A DNA stretch of 64,000 nucleotides from Mobula birostris (Eukaryota): assembly GCF_030028105.1 (NCBI RefSeq), contig NC_092370.1:40310643-40374642 (forward strand), in the 5' to 3' direction. The first letter of the stretch is position 1, and each line of letters begins with the position of its first letter. Shown here piece after piece: positions 50,473-63,545 of this stretch. The translations under genes were made by a program, and so were the position numbers. Below the pieces are notes generated by a model that was not told the origin of the DNA, did no database searches, and saw nothing but the letters and a program-made list of their open reading frames with translations.

Positions 50473-50586
50473 AGAAACATAGAAAACCAACAGCACAATA
50501 CAGACCCTTCGGCCCACAATGCTGTACCAAACATGTACTTACTTTAGAAATTACCTAGGGTTACCCATAGCCCTCTATTTTTCTAA
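50473..50586 (-). mobile_element. CR1 3' tail fragment
   Basis: Matches 10884-11000 and 24778-24895. Confidence 0.8.
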
Positions 50587-50727
50587 CACAGATTACTTAC
50601 TTTTACCTACAGCTTTTAGAGTCCTGGGGGTTCAAACTCCACTTGAAACTTAAATAAATTAAGGCTGCTATTTAAGTTCAAAATCTGCATTTGCAAAAAT
50701 CACAGTCCCAAGTTTGAGAAATTAAGA

Positions 50728-51125
50728 GTAACACACACAAAATGCTGGAGGATCTCAACAGATCAGGCAGCTTCTATGGAAAAGAATATATGGTGGACAT
50801 TTTGGGCCAAGACCACTAATCAGGACTGGAAAGGAAATGGGGACAAGCCTGAATAAGAAGCTGGGGGAGGGGCAGGAGTATGAGCTTAGAGGGTTATAGG
50901 TGAACCCAAGTTAGGGGGACGGAGATGTGTGGGGGAGGGGAGTGAAGTGAGAAGCTGGGAGGTGATAGCTGGAAGAGGTAAAAGGCTGGAAAAAGAATCT
51001 GATAAAAGAAGAGAGTGGACTATCGGAGAAAGGGAAGTAGGAGGGGTAGCAGGCAGAGGTGATAGGCAGGTGATGAGAAGAAAAGAAGTAAGTAGAGAGC
51101 ATGAATGGGGAATGGAAGAAGGAGG
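50728..51125 (-). mobile_element. PLE pLTR/3' UTR with decayed hammerhead (50792-50827)
   Basis: Same terminus and purine-rich body as 8696-9035. Confidence 0.8.
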
Positions 51126-51249
51126 CTGTTTGTTGGTGGAAACAAGAGACTTCCGTGGCACAATTTTGAGGAGAGTAGTATGTTCTAGCCAACGCTTGTC
51201 TCATCACTACAAGAAGGCTAACTTTATTCAGTGCATTTGCCATTTTGGG

Positions 51250-51540
51250 AATGAAAACAGAAAATGTTGGAAACAGTCAACAGTTCAGACAAAAAAAAGG
51301 AACAGGGCCTTTTCTTAGAACTGGGAAAGAGAAAAGAAAAGTCAGTTTTCAGTAAAGGATAGACCTGTTTTTGCTATTTAAAGTAACTTGGATTTCTCCT
51401 TCCCAGATCTGTTCGAATTTCTTGGACCTGAAACATTAACAGTTTGTATTTTCATAGACTGTGTCTGACCTCTTGAGTGTTTCTAGAAGTTTCTGTTTTA
51501 ATTTTGGATTTTCAGCATCTGCAGTTTTCTGATTTCCATT
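51250..51540. mobile_element. Old PLE inverted-terminus remnant
   Basis: aaaacagaaaatgttggaaac ... gtttctagaagtttctgtttt..cagcatctgcag. Confidence 0.5.
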
Positions 51541-52671
51541 TGAATACTTGGGGATCTTGCTCCATACAAATTATCACAGCTCTTTATCCAAGTAAAAATT
51601 ATTCTGCTTCAATTGAATTCATTATTTCTAAATCTAGAATAGATAAGTTAGTGGCCATTCTTCATGTTCAGATTTTGTATAAAAGCAACTTTATCTGGTG
51701 TAGCTTGGTGCAGCTGAACAGCACACCTGATGATGTCACAAGACACACAGAGCCTGTTTCCTCTCTTGCTGACGTAAATGGAAAGTGCTGGATGCATTCC
51801 ACAGCCTTCACTGAATGCCCACTGTAGTCACTGGGTTCACAATTCACTGCAGGCTGCTCAAACACCTGCCAAAGTTCACTGAAGGTGCTTAAGCTACAGG
51901 GATTTTTTTTTAGTGTGAAACTGCAACAATCCATTCAATGAGACCAACTTGCGATGCAATGGCATCTCTCCATCAGCAACCTTACAAGATATGGCATTGT
52001 CCAGAGCAATGCCAGCAGTAGCTGTACCACAATCAACGAGGGTAGCATTTTGAACATTACTTGGTGTTCAGAATCAGTATTGAGGGAAAAAAGTCAAATG
52101 ATATGACATTGAAAATCATGACTTTTTTGATGGAAAAGTGTCATTCCTGTTTTACTGGTTATGTGGGCTTCAAAATCCCTCTGCCTTATTGTAGGACCTT
52201 GGGTATCACAGTACCTCCCATTCCCTTTGAGTGTGAACTAATGTGTGTGATGATTCAAGAGTAACTCTTCCGTAGTGAGCCATCTTCAGACGGTTGTTCA
52301 GGGCCAATGCTTTGTGACATGGCTGGCTGTGTGCTGCCTGAGATATTGTTGTGGGAGTGACTGGGTACTCCTGTTCAGGGGACTTGTCAGTATGCTGAAT
52401 ATGCCATCAGATAGTTTCCTGGGACTAGGTTGACAATGATGAAGTGATCTGCAGGCTCTCAGCTCATTCTACCATTGATTCAGCCTCCTGAACTGGAGCT
52501 CACTCACTGACCGACTCTGGGTCATTTTGTGTTGTGTCCCTGCTGTCTTCAGTCTTCTGCCAGAAGTCTGCTTTTTGTGTATCTTGTACAGGACTCTCTG
52601 ATCATGATAAGAATGAGTCAGTGTTAGGAATGTGGGAGAAACATACCTTCACTCCTGCAGTAGAGCAGCAA

Positions 52672-53250
52672 ATTTCAAGTTCAAATTTAATTATTGTTTC
52701 AACCATATATTAACACCCATGAATACAGCCAATTTTAAAAAGCATTCCTCTGGGGCCAAGGTACAAAACACAATTTCAACAATCATACACAGCACAAGGC
52801 AAATATAGCACATATAAGATGACAGTAAACATACAGACACAAAAAAAATTGCATATAACCGGTTTCCTTGAGTAACATGCCCTGTTTGATGGCGCATGGG
52901 TATTGTCAGCAAGAACAAGCTTCATCAGTCCTCAGACGAATGCACACATGCATTCCAGCTTGACTTCCATCAAGCAAACACCAGAGGGCAGCAACAATGG
53001 GAGGGGGCGGCCCCCAATCCAGCATGGACACTGCACCACACTGCCTCCAGCATCTCTCCTCTGGGACTTCTGCAACAAGCCTAGTCCTCACTGCAACTGA
53101 GACCATGTAGCTCCCCCACCGCCAGTCATGCCACTAAACCAGTGAACCAGACTTACAGTATTTTACATACCAATGTAGAGCAGGGTCTTGCAATTGCCAA
53201 GAAAAACATCTACTCACTGTTCGTGCGCTGACTCCAATGCCTTTCTGTAA
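52672..53250 (-). mobile_element. Non-coding element with TTGAAC-type tail
   Basis: ttcaagttcaaatttaattatt tail; body unrelated to 2590-3310. Confidence 0.45.
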
Positions 53251-53251
53251 C

Positions 53252-53744
53252 AGGATGTGGATACTATGGAGAGAGTGCAGAGGAGATTTAACAGGATGTT
53301 GCCTGAATTAAGGGCGTAACTTATGAGAATAGGTTGAGTGAACTTGGACTTTTCTCCTTGGAGCGATGGAGGATGAGAGGTGACCTGATCAAGGTGTATA
53401 AGATGGTGAGAGGCATTGATTCTGTGAGTAGCCAGAGGCTTGTTTCCAGGCTAACATGAGGGGGCGTAGTTTTAAGGTACTTGGAAGTAGGTACCAAGGG
53501 AATGTCGGGATAAGTTTTTCACACAGGGAGTGGTGGGTGTGTGGAATGCACTGCCGACGGCGGTGGTGGAGGCGGATACAATAGGGTCTTTTAAGAGCCT
53601 CTTAGATATGTATATGGAGCTTAGAAAAATAGAAGGCTATGCGCTGTGGAAATTCTTGGCAGTTTCTAGAGTAGGTTACATGGCTGGCACAGCATTGTGG
53701 GCCAAAGGGCCTGTAATGTGCTGTAGTTTCCTATGTTCTATGTT
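53252..53744 (+). mobile_element. CR1 3' fragment
   Basis: VVGVWNALPTAVVEADTIGSFKSLLD; (TTCTATG)n tail. Confidence 0.88.
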
Positions 53745-54262
53745 CAGGCTGACACATAGTCCATACCAAGTCCAGCTCTTCCGCAAACAAGCAACTCACT
53801 GTAGAGTGGACCTGTAGTATTTGACTTCTTTAATGTCCAGCATGGTCTTGCGATTGTAAAAAAGACATTTAAAAGAAGACAAAAATGCCTATAGTTGACC
53901 TCAGAGAGGCCCTTGCATCTGAGCATACTACTATCTTACCAGAAGACTATGCACCATATCTCTGCTGCTGCTATAGGAGAATGGTTTGCTCACACATGGC
54001 ATCTCTGCTTAAGCAGGACAGCATTTTACTGGTGGGGAAGTATTAGCTGCTCATGATAGAATAACCATGTCCACTGAAGCTAGTAATATGCTCACAAATG
54101 GCATCTCGCTGTTAAATGAGGGCATTAAACAGGACAGCATGGTGGAGCAGCACTTATATGTCTTATACACTGCTGTCCTATCCCTCCAGAGACCTGAATT
54201 CGAACCTAACCTTGAGTGCAGTCTATGGGACATTTGCAAGTTCTCCCTGTTTCCACTGCATG

Positions 54263-54868
54263 AACCATAAGACATGGCAGAATTAAATCATTCCGCCCAT
54301 CAAGCTTACTCCACCATTCAATCGTGGCTGATTTAGTATTCCTTCTCAACCCAATTCTCCTGATTCCTCCCTTTAACCTTTGACACCCTTCCTAATCAAG
54401 AACCTGTTAATCTCTATTTTAAATGTACCGAATGACTTGGCCTCCATAGCTGCCTGTGGCAATGAATTCCACGGATTCCCTCTGCTATGGGTTAAAGGAA
54501 TTTCTCCTCGTTTCTTTTCTGAAGTGGCATCCTTTTATTGCTGAGGCAGTGTTTTCTTGTCCTAGACTCTCTCATGACTGAAAACACACATCCACTCTAT
54601 CTAAGCCTTTCAATATGTTGTAAGTTTCAATGAGATCCTCCTTCATCTTTCTAAATTCCATTGAATACAGGCCCAAAGCCACCAAACACTCCTCACACAT
54701 TAACCCTTTTGTTCCTGGGATAGTTCTTGTAACAATTCCCTGGAGCCTCTCAAATGCCAACAGATCCTTCCTTAGATGTGAGATCCAAAACTGCACACAA
54801 TACTCCAATGTGGTCTGACCAATGCTTTATAAAGCAGCAACATTATGTCCTTGCTTTTATATTCTAGT
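54263..54868 (-). mobile_element. CR1 3' fragment
   Basis: EYCVQFWISHLRKD..DLIETYNILKGLDRVD. Confidence 0.85.
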
Positions 54869-55435
54869 CAAAGTTCAAGGTAAGTTTATTATCTAAGTAC
54901 ATATGTGACCACTTGGGTTTCCTCCTGGTGTTCTGGTTTCTGCCCACAGTCCAAAGGTTAATCGGTTAATTGGTCATTGTAAATTAGGCTGGGATTAAAT
55001 CATAGGTTACTGTGTGGTGTAACTGGAAGAGCCTATTCCATGTTGTAATAAATAAATGCTGCCATATAGTGCCCAGAGATTCATTTTCTTGTGGGCATTC
55101 ACAGTAAGTACAAAGAAACACAACAGAATCAATGAAAAACTGCACATAAGAAAACTGGGCAAACAACCAAAGTGCAAAAGACAACAAACTGTGCAAATAC
55201 AAAATAAGTTAAATAAGTAAATAAGCAATGTATATCAAGAACATGCCTTGTAGAGTCCTTGAAAGTGAATTCATTGGTTGTGAATCAGTTCACTGTTGGG
55301 GTGAGTGAAGTTATCCCCTCTATATCAAAAAGCTGATGATTGAGGGGTAGTAACTGTTCCTGAACCTGGTAGTGTGGGAGAAATGGCTCCTGTAACTCCT
55401 TCCTGATGGCAGCAGTGAGAAGAGAGCATGGCTCT
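54869..55435 (-). mobile_element. Rex-like 3' fragment interrupted by a V-SINE piece (54905-55057, +)
   Basis: Collinear with 32599-33015 apart from the V-domain insert. Confidence 0.75.
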
Positions 55436-57235
55436 CTCAATAATTCCTCTTGATCCAGTTTCATCTCACTTCCTTTCAATATACTGGCAGATTAATTGAC
55501 TACTGTAAATTATATCTTCGTGCATATTCGATGAAAAAAGGATTAAATAAGAATTTGAGAAAGAATAAGTTATAGGACTATAAAGAAATGAGGGGGTGGA
55601 ACAAAATTGATGGGATTACTCCTATGGGAGCCAGCATGAACCCAGTACCTTGGAATAAGTCACAGGTCAGACCTCTGTCTTGATGGTGAAACTGCACTGA
55701 AGCAGAAAGACCTGGTATCACCTCTGGCTGTGCCTTTACAGACTGGACCAGTGTGATGGATATTCATTCATAACTTGCCTCATATCTTTCAAAGCTTGCT
55801 TTCTAAACTCATCAGCTGCCATGTGTAAGAACAAACAGTTGTAAGTAAACTTCCAACAACTATGCTTTGTTTAGTTTTTGGCTGTAAATGAGGGTTAGTT
55901 CTGTGTTTTTAAAATGTAAATAGAAAGCAGTATTCAGTTTGAAGTTAAAACAAAAGAATTTTATTACTGTTCAAAGGGATGCAGTGTAAGACAATGGGCT
56001 GTTCAATTTATCTTGTTCCAAACAAAGTTGATTAAGTTGCTTATTTCAAGGAAGCTTGCAGACCAGGTGGATAATATCATTTAGCATATTGAATAACTGA
56101 TCTATTAATGTTAGGAGTTTTATGTACTCAGAGAAGTTAGCTTTATAGTATTAGTGATGGAAAGCTAAGATCTGTATCTCCAAGATGCTTTTAGACTTTT
56201 AGTATTAAAAGGATATCTGAGGAAATATCTTACGTATGTGAAATCACCCAAGAAGTAGAGAAAGGATACATATGTTGAGCACAGTGTAGGCATATTAGGA
56301 ATAGGGTAAAGGAACATCAAGAAGCATGGAGAAAACAAAGAGTAAACTAGAATTCATTCCTCTGTCTTTGGTTTCCGTGACTGACAACTTGTTCGCCTGC
56401 AACTCATTGGTATTTCTTTTTAATTTATGGGAATTGTATTTGTGTCTTGGAGATCCTCTGTGCTTTGTGTTTTAGAAATGGTTTGTAATTTGGAAATCTT
56501 TAAGATAGAAATCCTCTGTGAGGTTTAAATGTGTTTTAAGAATGTTGCTTGGATTTAAATGTATATCACATCAGTTGGTGGTATGTGTTGACACAGCCGA
56601 CGATACCTTGCACAGAATCACACAAGATGGCTAGAGAGGATGTCATGACCACTAACCCTGTAAAACTTCTTGCAGGAGCTGACAGATGCTCCTAGTCATT
56701 TCTATTTGGCCAGTAGCTGACAGATAATTCGCCATCTCACCATACATCTCCACCCCCTGTCCCATTCCATCTTTGCTCTTTCTAGGGAATAGAGGCTGGG
56801 TGATCATATGAGTTCTTCCGATAGCTTTGATGTGCAGAGAAAACAGAAAATAGTTGTACTTTTATGGTGATACAAGAGCACAGATGGTCATAAAGGTATC
56901 TACTGGTGGTCAAATCAAAGGGAATGTAATGATCACAATGAAATGTTGTTAGTGAGGACACCTGATAGAATTATGATTAGATTTGCTCCTTTGGTGGTAC
57001 CTCTACCTATGAGGTGCGGGATGACGTTGCCGATATAGATCAGATGGTGCATCTGTGACAGCCGAGTGCATTCCCTCGTATTCCTCTCTGTCTTTTTCTA
57101 AATAGAGGGGATGAAGGACATGAGATTACCTCTTCATTATTGTCTCTTTGCTAGGTTAACCTTCCCTTTAGCATTCTAGGGAGAAGAATGCATTTAGAGA
57201 GGGTGGTAGTGAACACTGGTGTAGGAGAGCATTTC

Positions 57236-57254
57236 TGTGTGTGTGTGTGTGTGT
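57236..57254. repeat. (TG)9 microsatellite
   Basis: Direct reading. Confidence 0.9.
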
Positions 57255-60200
57255 CTGTACATGTGTGCACACACAAGCATGTATGAATACTCACTCTCAC
57301 TCTCCTATGGCCACTCTCTTCCATGGTTTCTGCAGTGTGTGTATCAGAGGTGCCTGGGCACCACATGCAGAATGCCTTTGAGTGATGCTGTTCTCCGATT
57401 GATGCACATAACTTGTATCCTCCTGTGCTGAATTAAGTGAGTTTTTAGTGCAAACAGTGCAGCACCCATTTTAACACAAGATCCTAGATATAAACACTTC
57501 TCTTAGTGTATTTCCGCCCAACTCTGTGACCTTTTTTTTGAACGGAGGATTCAATTAGGTGTTAGCACCATACACAGTCTATTTTCAGTGCATCAGGAAA
57601 GAGGAAAATCCAATTTTTTTAAGCAGTATCATTCCATAAATGTAATTTTTTTCCGGCAAGAGCTTAATTAATCACTCTTTAAAACGTTCTCTGCTGCAAA
57701 AATAATTTATACTCACTCAGTCACTTTGTTACTTGGCCTTCTGTAATAAGTAAAGTAAATCCCTTGTAATTAATGCTATGGCGTCCTCAATCTGAAATAC
57801 TTTAAAAAACTGTTTTCGAAGTCTACATCGACAGGATGTTTTTTCAAGGTGAAAACTCATTCCTTAATACCCATCATTTAGATATTTTAAACAAAAGTAA
57901 CAGCAGTCTGATTTTTGACACACGCCAAGAACTATTTGTAAACTCTGGCTTCCCTGTCAATCACATTGCCAATCTGTCAGCCACCATTTATGCAGCTGCT
58001 TTACTAACATGCTGCACAGTGACATCCGGCATCGTTGACATCATCATGATTGACAAGTGGCCTGCCAACACAAATAGTTTTGGGGGTTTTCATATTTTCT
58101 TTAGAATGGGTAAAATTAAAGGATCAGTACATGGATTACAGGGACAAGAAAACTATTTTCCCCAGCACTATCTGTGGAGCCCTTACAATGTTCATGTAAG
58201 TACATAGTACCCCTTGAGTATGTCTTGAACTTGTTCATACTCTTTCTTGATATATTATACCATACCAACTGAAATATTTGCAATTATAGCATTTAATTGG
58301 TCCTTGAAAACAGATATGGAAATAGCAAATCTAGTTGCAAAGGATATTCTCCAACATGCTGCTTCTGAGAACTTTTCCTTCCTGTTAATTAAATTATACT
58401 ACCAAACAGGATTAGCTACAAAAACCTGTATAATAGTTCCTCTCTGCTCCTCGACTCATGATTATTTTAAATAGATCAAATAGATTAGTTTTTGATTCAG
58501 TATTTTATGTGTAAAAGTTCATTTTTTCTGGAATGATTCCTTCTTATTGTCACTTTCTTTTCATTGTTAGTTTATTGGTTGACAAATTGGACATGATGAC
58601 AACGAAGATCAGCAGCTGTAGTTCTTACAGTACTTATTGATCATTTTCTGTTCAATGTTATTGAATTTCAGTACACTGTCCATTTTTCATGATCCTTCTA
58701 GGCATTAGAGACAGAAGTGACCTTTCAGCTTTCTGAGCTGCATTGTTGAAGCATCTTATAGGTGACTGGGTATCTAAATCACCATTTTATATTTATTTTG
58801 CAATTTAAGCTGGCAGAATTTTTTTTGCCTAGTTTGCTTACCTGTCATTTGTGGCAATATCCACTCAAATTAGTTGCATTTCTTAACATGGATAATTTCT
58901 CCATTTTGAAAAAATAGCATTCATTTGTTGAAAATTAATAGGGAATGTTTTATGATTTTAAAATCCCATAGATTTTAAAAGGCTATTGTACCTTGCTGTT
59001 TACATTAAACCAGGCAGGCAGAATGCTAACACATAACCAGCCTTGCTTAAACTGGAGAATTGTAAAGGGGGGGTGGGGGGAATATATATATATATAGCAT
59101 TTTGAAAGCACTTGTAGACCTCTAAAATGCAGTTTTTAAGGTATTTCACTGTAATTTGCTATAAATCTATCAGGATTTTACATGGATACAAACTTTCACT
59201 TCAAGGATAACTGCCAATGTCTGGCACATTAAGTTTGTAGTACAGATCTCCATTATTTCCACTGATGCTGTAACTGAAAGGGAGCATTTCCTCCAACCTG
59301 AGCCGCTGTGTTCATGAGGAAACCAAGGGGATGTATTTACAGATTATGTCATCACAGTCTTTAAATTGCCTGTTTGTTTGGTATAGCACAGAAACAGATG
59401 TTGCCCTCTGCATTGGATAATTTACAGTATTTCTTTGTGCTGAATGGAAGACTTTCAAGCTGCCAGCTGATCTGCCTAGAGAATTGGATGTCAGCTTCTG
59501 ATATATGTTAAATGTATAAAATAAACTGATTGTGATTTTCTGCATTTTGTTTTTATTTTTGTGTGCAGTCGATTCACAGAAAATTCTTTTGTCAGCTCAA
59601 ACCACAGGAGCCTCTGTTTCTTCCTTGCTGATCATAATCTATCTATTACTTTCGTCATTTAATAATTATCATCATGATTGCTCAAAGCAGCCTAACCTCC
59701 AACATGTAGCTGGTACTGTAAGTTATAACAGATTTTGTCACTTACTATCTGACCACAAAGCGACATTCTGTGCTCCATTATCGTGATTAACTTCTACGTA
59801 AGATATGCTTGCCCAATTGTCATTTGTGATACTGCATCAGGCTCTGACTGCCATGCTGCCAGGGCGAACCTCAGCCAATGGAACGTGACCATGTTGCTTG
59901 TACACTAACTACTACACTTGCTTTTCACAGTTGTGCAGTGCAGTCATGAAATTATCTATTTGTTTCATCTGATTTCTTAGGCAAACAGTAATGTTTCACA
60001 TGTCATCTATCATTTCCCAAGCACATAGTAAAATGGTTTATGCACAATGTCTTTCTTTTTGCTGCGCACAGCAAGAGGGTGGAAGGTAGACATTTTATCG
60101 TAGACTGCAAAGTTTCGCTGCCAAAACACTGCCACTTAGAATCTATCGTGTCAGGTGCCTTGTGGCAATCAAGCCTGCATTTTGGATCCGCAGTGGTGTT

Positions 60201-61227
60201 CTGGCTTCGTCACCAACAAACCGATTTGACTCTGCCTGATTATAGTAACGAAGGCAGTCCAAAAGAATATGCAGAGACTCACTGTACGTCACATTGAATC
60301 ACCGCGCTGACCACACAGAGCCGGCCGAAGCTTCATTCCTTTCGACAAATGCACGCTTAAGGAAAAACCTACTGCGAGAAAGCATCCCATGCCACTTTAT
60401 TTTCTGTGCACGCTGTAGCAGATTTAATGTTTACTGAAAGAACAGTTGCTGTTTACTTTGCATTAGCACTTGAAGTTTTTTTTAAAACTTCCTTTTTTTA
60501 ACAACACCACTGGTGCTCAAGATCATGAGTGAAGCTTACTTTTAATCCCTCTAACACAGGTGATGAGTTTTACAAATTTTTGTCATCTAATGGGCTGATA
60601 CTCAATTTTTCTACTTTCAAGTGACAATCAGATAGAATCAAGTTGCTAAGTGCAGTTTCCAGATATGCTGTTAGAAAGAAGTCAGTTTTGATTACAGTGT
60701 GTGTGTTGCAACCTCAGACAGGAGCTACATGCTGATATGCATTCTATCAGAATGATTTACGCAAATTATGCACATTATTCTCATAGGAATTCTCCCTCAA
60801 ACTGCCAGGATAAATTGCCGGAAATTAGCCATAAAATCTCTCGAGCAGGGAACAAAAGGTGAAGGCCACTGGGAAAGTAAGGACGTTGGCTTTATAGAGA
60901 CTTCAAGGATGGGATGGTAACTGTATATTGAACAGGCTTTCTAACTGGATCTGAAAACCCACGCCTGCCAATTTTACTGACAGGAAGCTGCATTTCTTCC
61001 TTTAAATTGAAAGCAGAAATTCTGGTTCTTAATTATGTTTCAGTAGCCATGTTAAGTTTTAAGGATATTCCCAGAATTAGGTTTAAGTTATGGACACAAA
61101 AGTGATGTAACTCTCAGAGGTGAAATTTCTAAATTCTTGATGTTGGTACTCATTCATTCTCATTCTCATTCATTCTCTCTCTCTCTGTCTCTCTTTCCTT
61201 TCATCCATTCTTACCTCATGCTTTTAG

Positions 61228-61406
61228 GAAGTGCAGTAGATGAAGCACTTCGTTTATGCAGCTGCTCAATGAACATCCGATTCGTCAAAGAGGATATAAA
61301 TGTAAGCTTTAAGGAGGGAAAAGGAATCAAGCTGAGGAAAGGGAACCTGTTGGCGTTTTATCCTCAAATTCTACATATGGACCCAGAGGTTTTTGAAGAT
61401 CCTGAG
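61228..61406 (+). CDS. CYP7B1: Cytochrome P450 7B1, exon 5 (K-helix ExxR)
   Basis: cttttAG acceptor, GAG|GTATGT donor. GSAVDEALRLCSCSMNIR...YPQILHMDPEVFEDPE carries the ExxR and HxDPxxF motifs. Confidence 0.95.
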
Positions 61407-62544
61407 GTATGTGATTTTGTGCATGTACGTTCTTTTATTCCTGCAAACATATAGCAACAACCAAGACTGTTGTTCTAGTGTTCCCATTGCTCTTTCTTCC
61501 AGAAGAAAAAGAAGTCTCTTAACTTTTGTAGGGTGTGTGGTCCAAGACTTGCAGGTTGTTGAATTTACTGTCTCATTGGAGAATATGGCAGTGAGATTGA
61601 GTGGTGTTGCTTTGAAAGGATTAACATTAAACTGTGAATTGATTGGCTTCAAATCAAGGAAACTCTTGGCTTTTGTCACGTAATGGATCACTTGATGACC
61701 AAATGAAAGAATAAAGAATTGAGGCAGTAACAAATAACCTGTGCTGTTTAGCTAATTATATACCAGGGCATCACTGTTTAACACAAAATTCTTTTCAAGC
61801 TGGTTTTTTGCTTCATATCACTTCACAAGAATTCTCTCCTTTCTTGATCAATTGATATGATGGCCTGAGCTTGAGATTGTAAAGCCATTGCTCTGCACTG
61901 GAACTCTGAGGGTAATTGTGTCATCTCCTTGTATTTTTTTCTCTGCAGCCAGAGTTAATGAATATCAAAGACTGGAAATTAATCCATCCTGGCTCAGCTT
62001 TAATGTAGCTTCAGAGATTCACCACCTGCATGCAAATTAAATACAATCAGATTCTACATTGCATTTGGTGAATTGTTGCTGGTACTAGCATTAACACTAA
62101 ATTATTGTCTGAAGTTGGAAAGAGGAGATGACTGGTTCAGCAGCAGCTATCTTTTTATTCTCACAGTGACCTTCCATTGTACTTTCACTTATGAATATAT
62201 TAAATTTGCCTATTAGTATTAATTGGCAGTTTCTCTTTAGGACAAAAAAATTGATCCAATTCATACTTAGTTTAGAAATAAATATTTATTTTACTAAACC
62301 TTGGCAAACCAACACTGGATCTTAGCTATGCAATATTGTTTATTTTATGTTGCAGAGTTAAAATAATTTTTCACAAACATTGTTATGAATCTTACTTGAA
62401 TTACTTTGACTGATGCCGTATGTGCTTCTCAAATTAAACCACAGCTAACTAATTCAGCCTGACCACTTCTCCAAAAGCTGATTAATCTCATAGTCTTTAT
62501 TAAAACGAAGGAAATGCAGTGCTTTATCTTAACTAAATAAATAT

Positions 62545-63091
62545 TGTTACCTGAATCCAAGTAATCTACTCCCAGATGACTATGGACTCTAGCAATGGAA
62601 TGAACACTAATTCCACTTCAGAAAATTAATTACACAAGTTTCAAGTATATGCCTAGGTGTTTGATTTTGAATATTGAAAAACAAGTATTTATTACCTCCT
62701 CCAGATGCGGTCGATCCTCTACAGTGAACCCGGCACCCAAGCAAGGGCGGACACACACCGGGTTCCCGCTGATCGTACCTTTCCACCCTGTGCGTTTAAG
62801 GCTTGGTTCCGCCACCAGCCTTCCAAAATGACTCCCGCCAACTTGCGGGGGGGGGCACCGCTTCCAGGGTCTCGTTACCTCGTGGTGTCGTGTGTGTCCT
62901 GCCTTAGCGAATCTGTCCCTTTTTATCCCCCTGCTGGGGTATCACCTGTCCATCACTTCAAACAGTTCAGGGTTCAAAGGGGGAGCCGCTCTAGACAGCT
63001 CTCTCTCCCCCGTCCCTTCCTTACACATCTCCAGATCGCCTGTCCATCACTTCAAACAGTTCAGGGTTCAAAGGGGGAGCCAATCTTGACA
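62545..63091 (-). mobile_element. Probable solo LTR (547 bp) in intron 5
   Basis: TGT..ACA termini; flanks ATAT/ATAC (imperfect 4-bp TSD). Minus strand has a 47-bp duplicated U3-like block, a TATA-like GATAAAAAG and a downstream AATAAA. CpG-rich. Confidence 0.62.
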
Positions 63092-63417
63092 ATACCCAGA
63101 CTGATGGCTCCTTCATTAACACCTCCAAATGCTGCTTCATTGTGGTCCTTATCTCTCCCTCCCCTGAGGACAGGTGGCAGACCAACTGCTGATGCCACTG
63201 GTGCTATCCCAGGCCAGCAAACATCTTAATTTATGTGTATTCTCGTCACAGCTACAAAATGTCAATAAGGGTGAGAGGACAAACAAAAGCAAACTGAAAC
63301 AGAAATGGTGCGGTAGCATTCTGTGAGAGGCATTACCAGAAATTGTTAATATCAATATTATATTTAAAAGACTACAATGTGCCTAGCGAGTGAGTGAGAT
63401 TGCACTGTTAGAACCAA

Positions 63418-63545
63418 GCAAGATACACAAAATGCTGGAGGAACTCAGCGGGGCAGGCGGCGCCAGCCAAGATGTTACCCGAGACTCTGAGATTCTGTGC
63501 GCCTGTTGCTTTGATTTCCAGCATCTGCAGATTTTTCCTTGTTTG
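63418..63545. mobile_element. Collapsed fold-back PLE mini-element
   Basis: Inverted terminus acacaaaatgctggaggaactcagc joined to tail ttgctttgatttccagcatctgcag; degenerate direct repeats ctgtt(a)gaa.caa(g)gcaag on both sides. Confidence 0.65.

Larger units (their letters stand above)
50615..51630 (+). mobile_element. DeuSINE-like remnant split by two PLE terminal insertions
   Basis: Head gggttcaaactccact (about 50628), Deu-like ggtggaaacaagagacttccgtggcacaatttt (about 51135), tail gggatcttgct..caaatt (about 51550). Confidence 0.4.
41086..61406 (+). other. CYP7B1: CYP7B1 partial gene span (exons 2-5); exons 1 and 6 not found in window
   Basis: Four exons splice in frame (end phases 1,1,1,0). 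Sizes 134/594/207/179 nt versus my recollection of human CYP7B1 exons 2-5 (137/591/207/176). Confidence 0.9.

Noticed and set aside
41086-61406. Assignment as CYP7A1, CYP8B1 or CYP8A1
   Set aside because: The intron before GKYITFILDPF, the exon sizes and the long introns fit CYP7B1. As recalled, CYP7A1 has different boundaries, CYP8B1 is intronless and CYP8A1 has more exons.
62705-63229. 174-aa ORF
   Set aside because: Runs through the GC-rich LTR-like element and its internal duplication; no protein motif.
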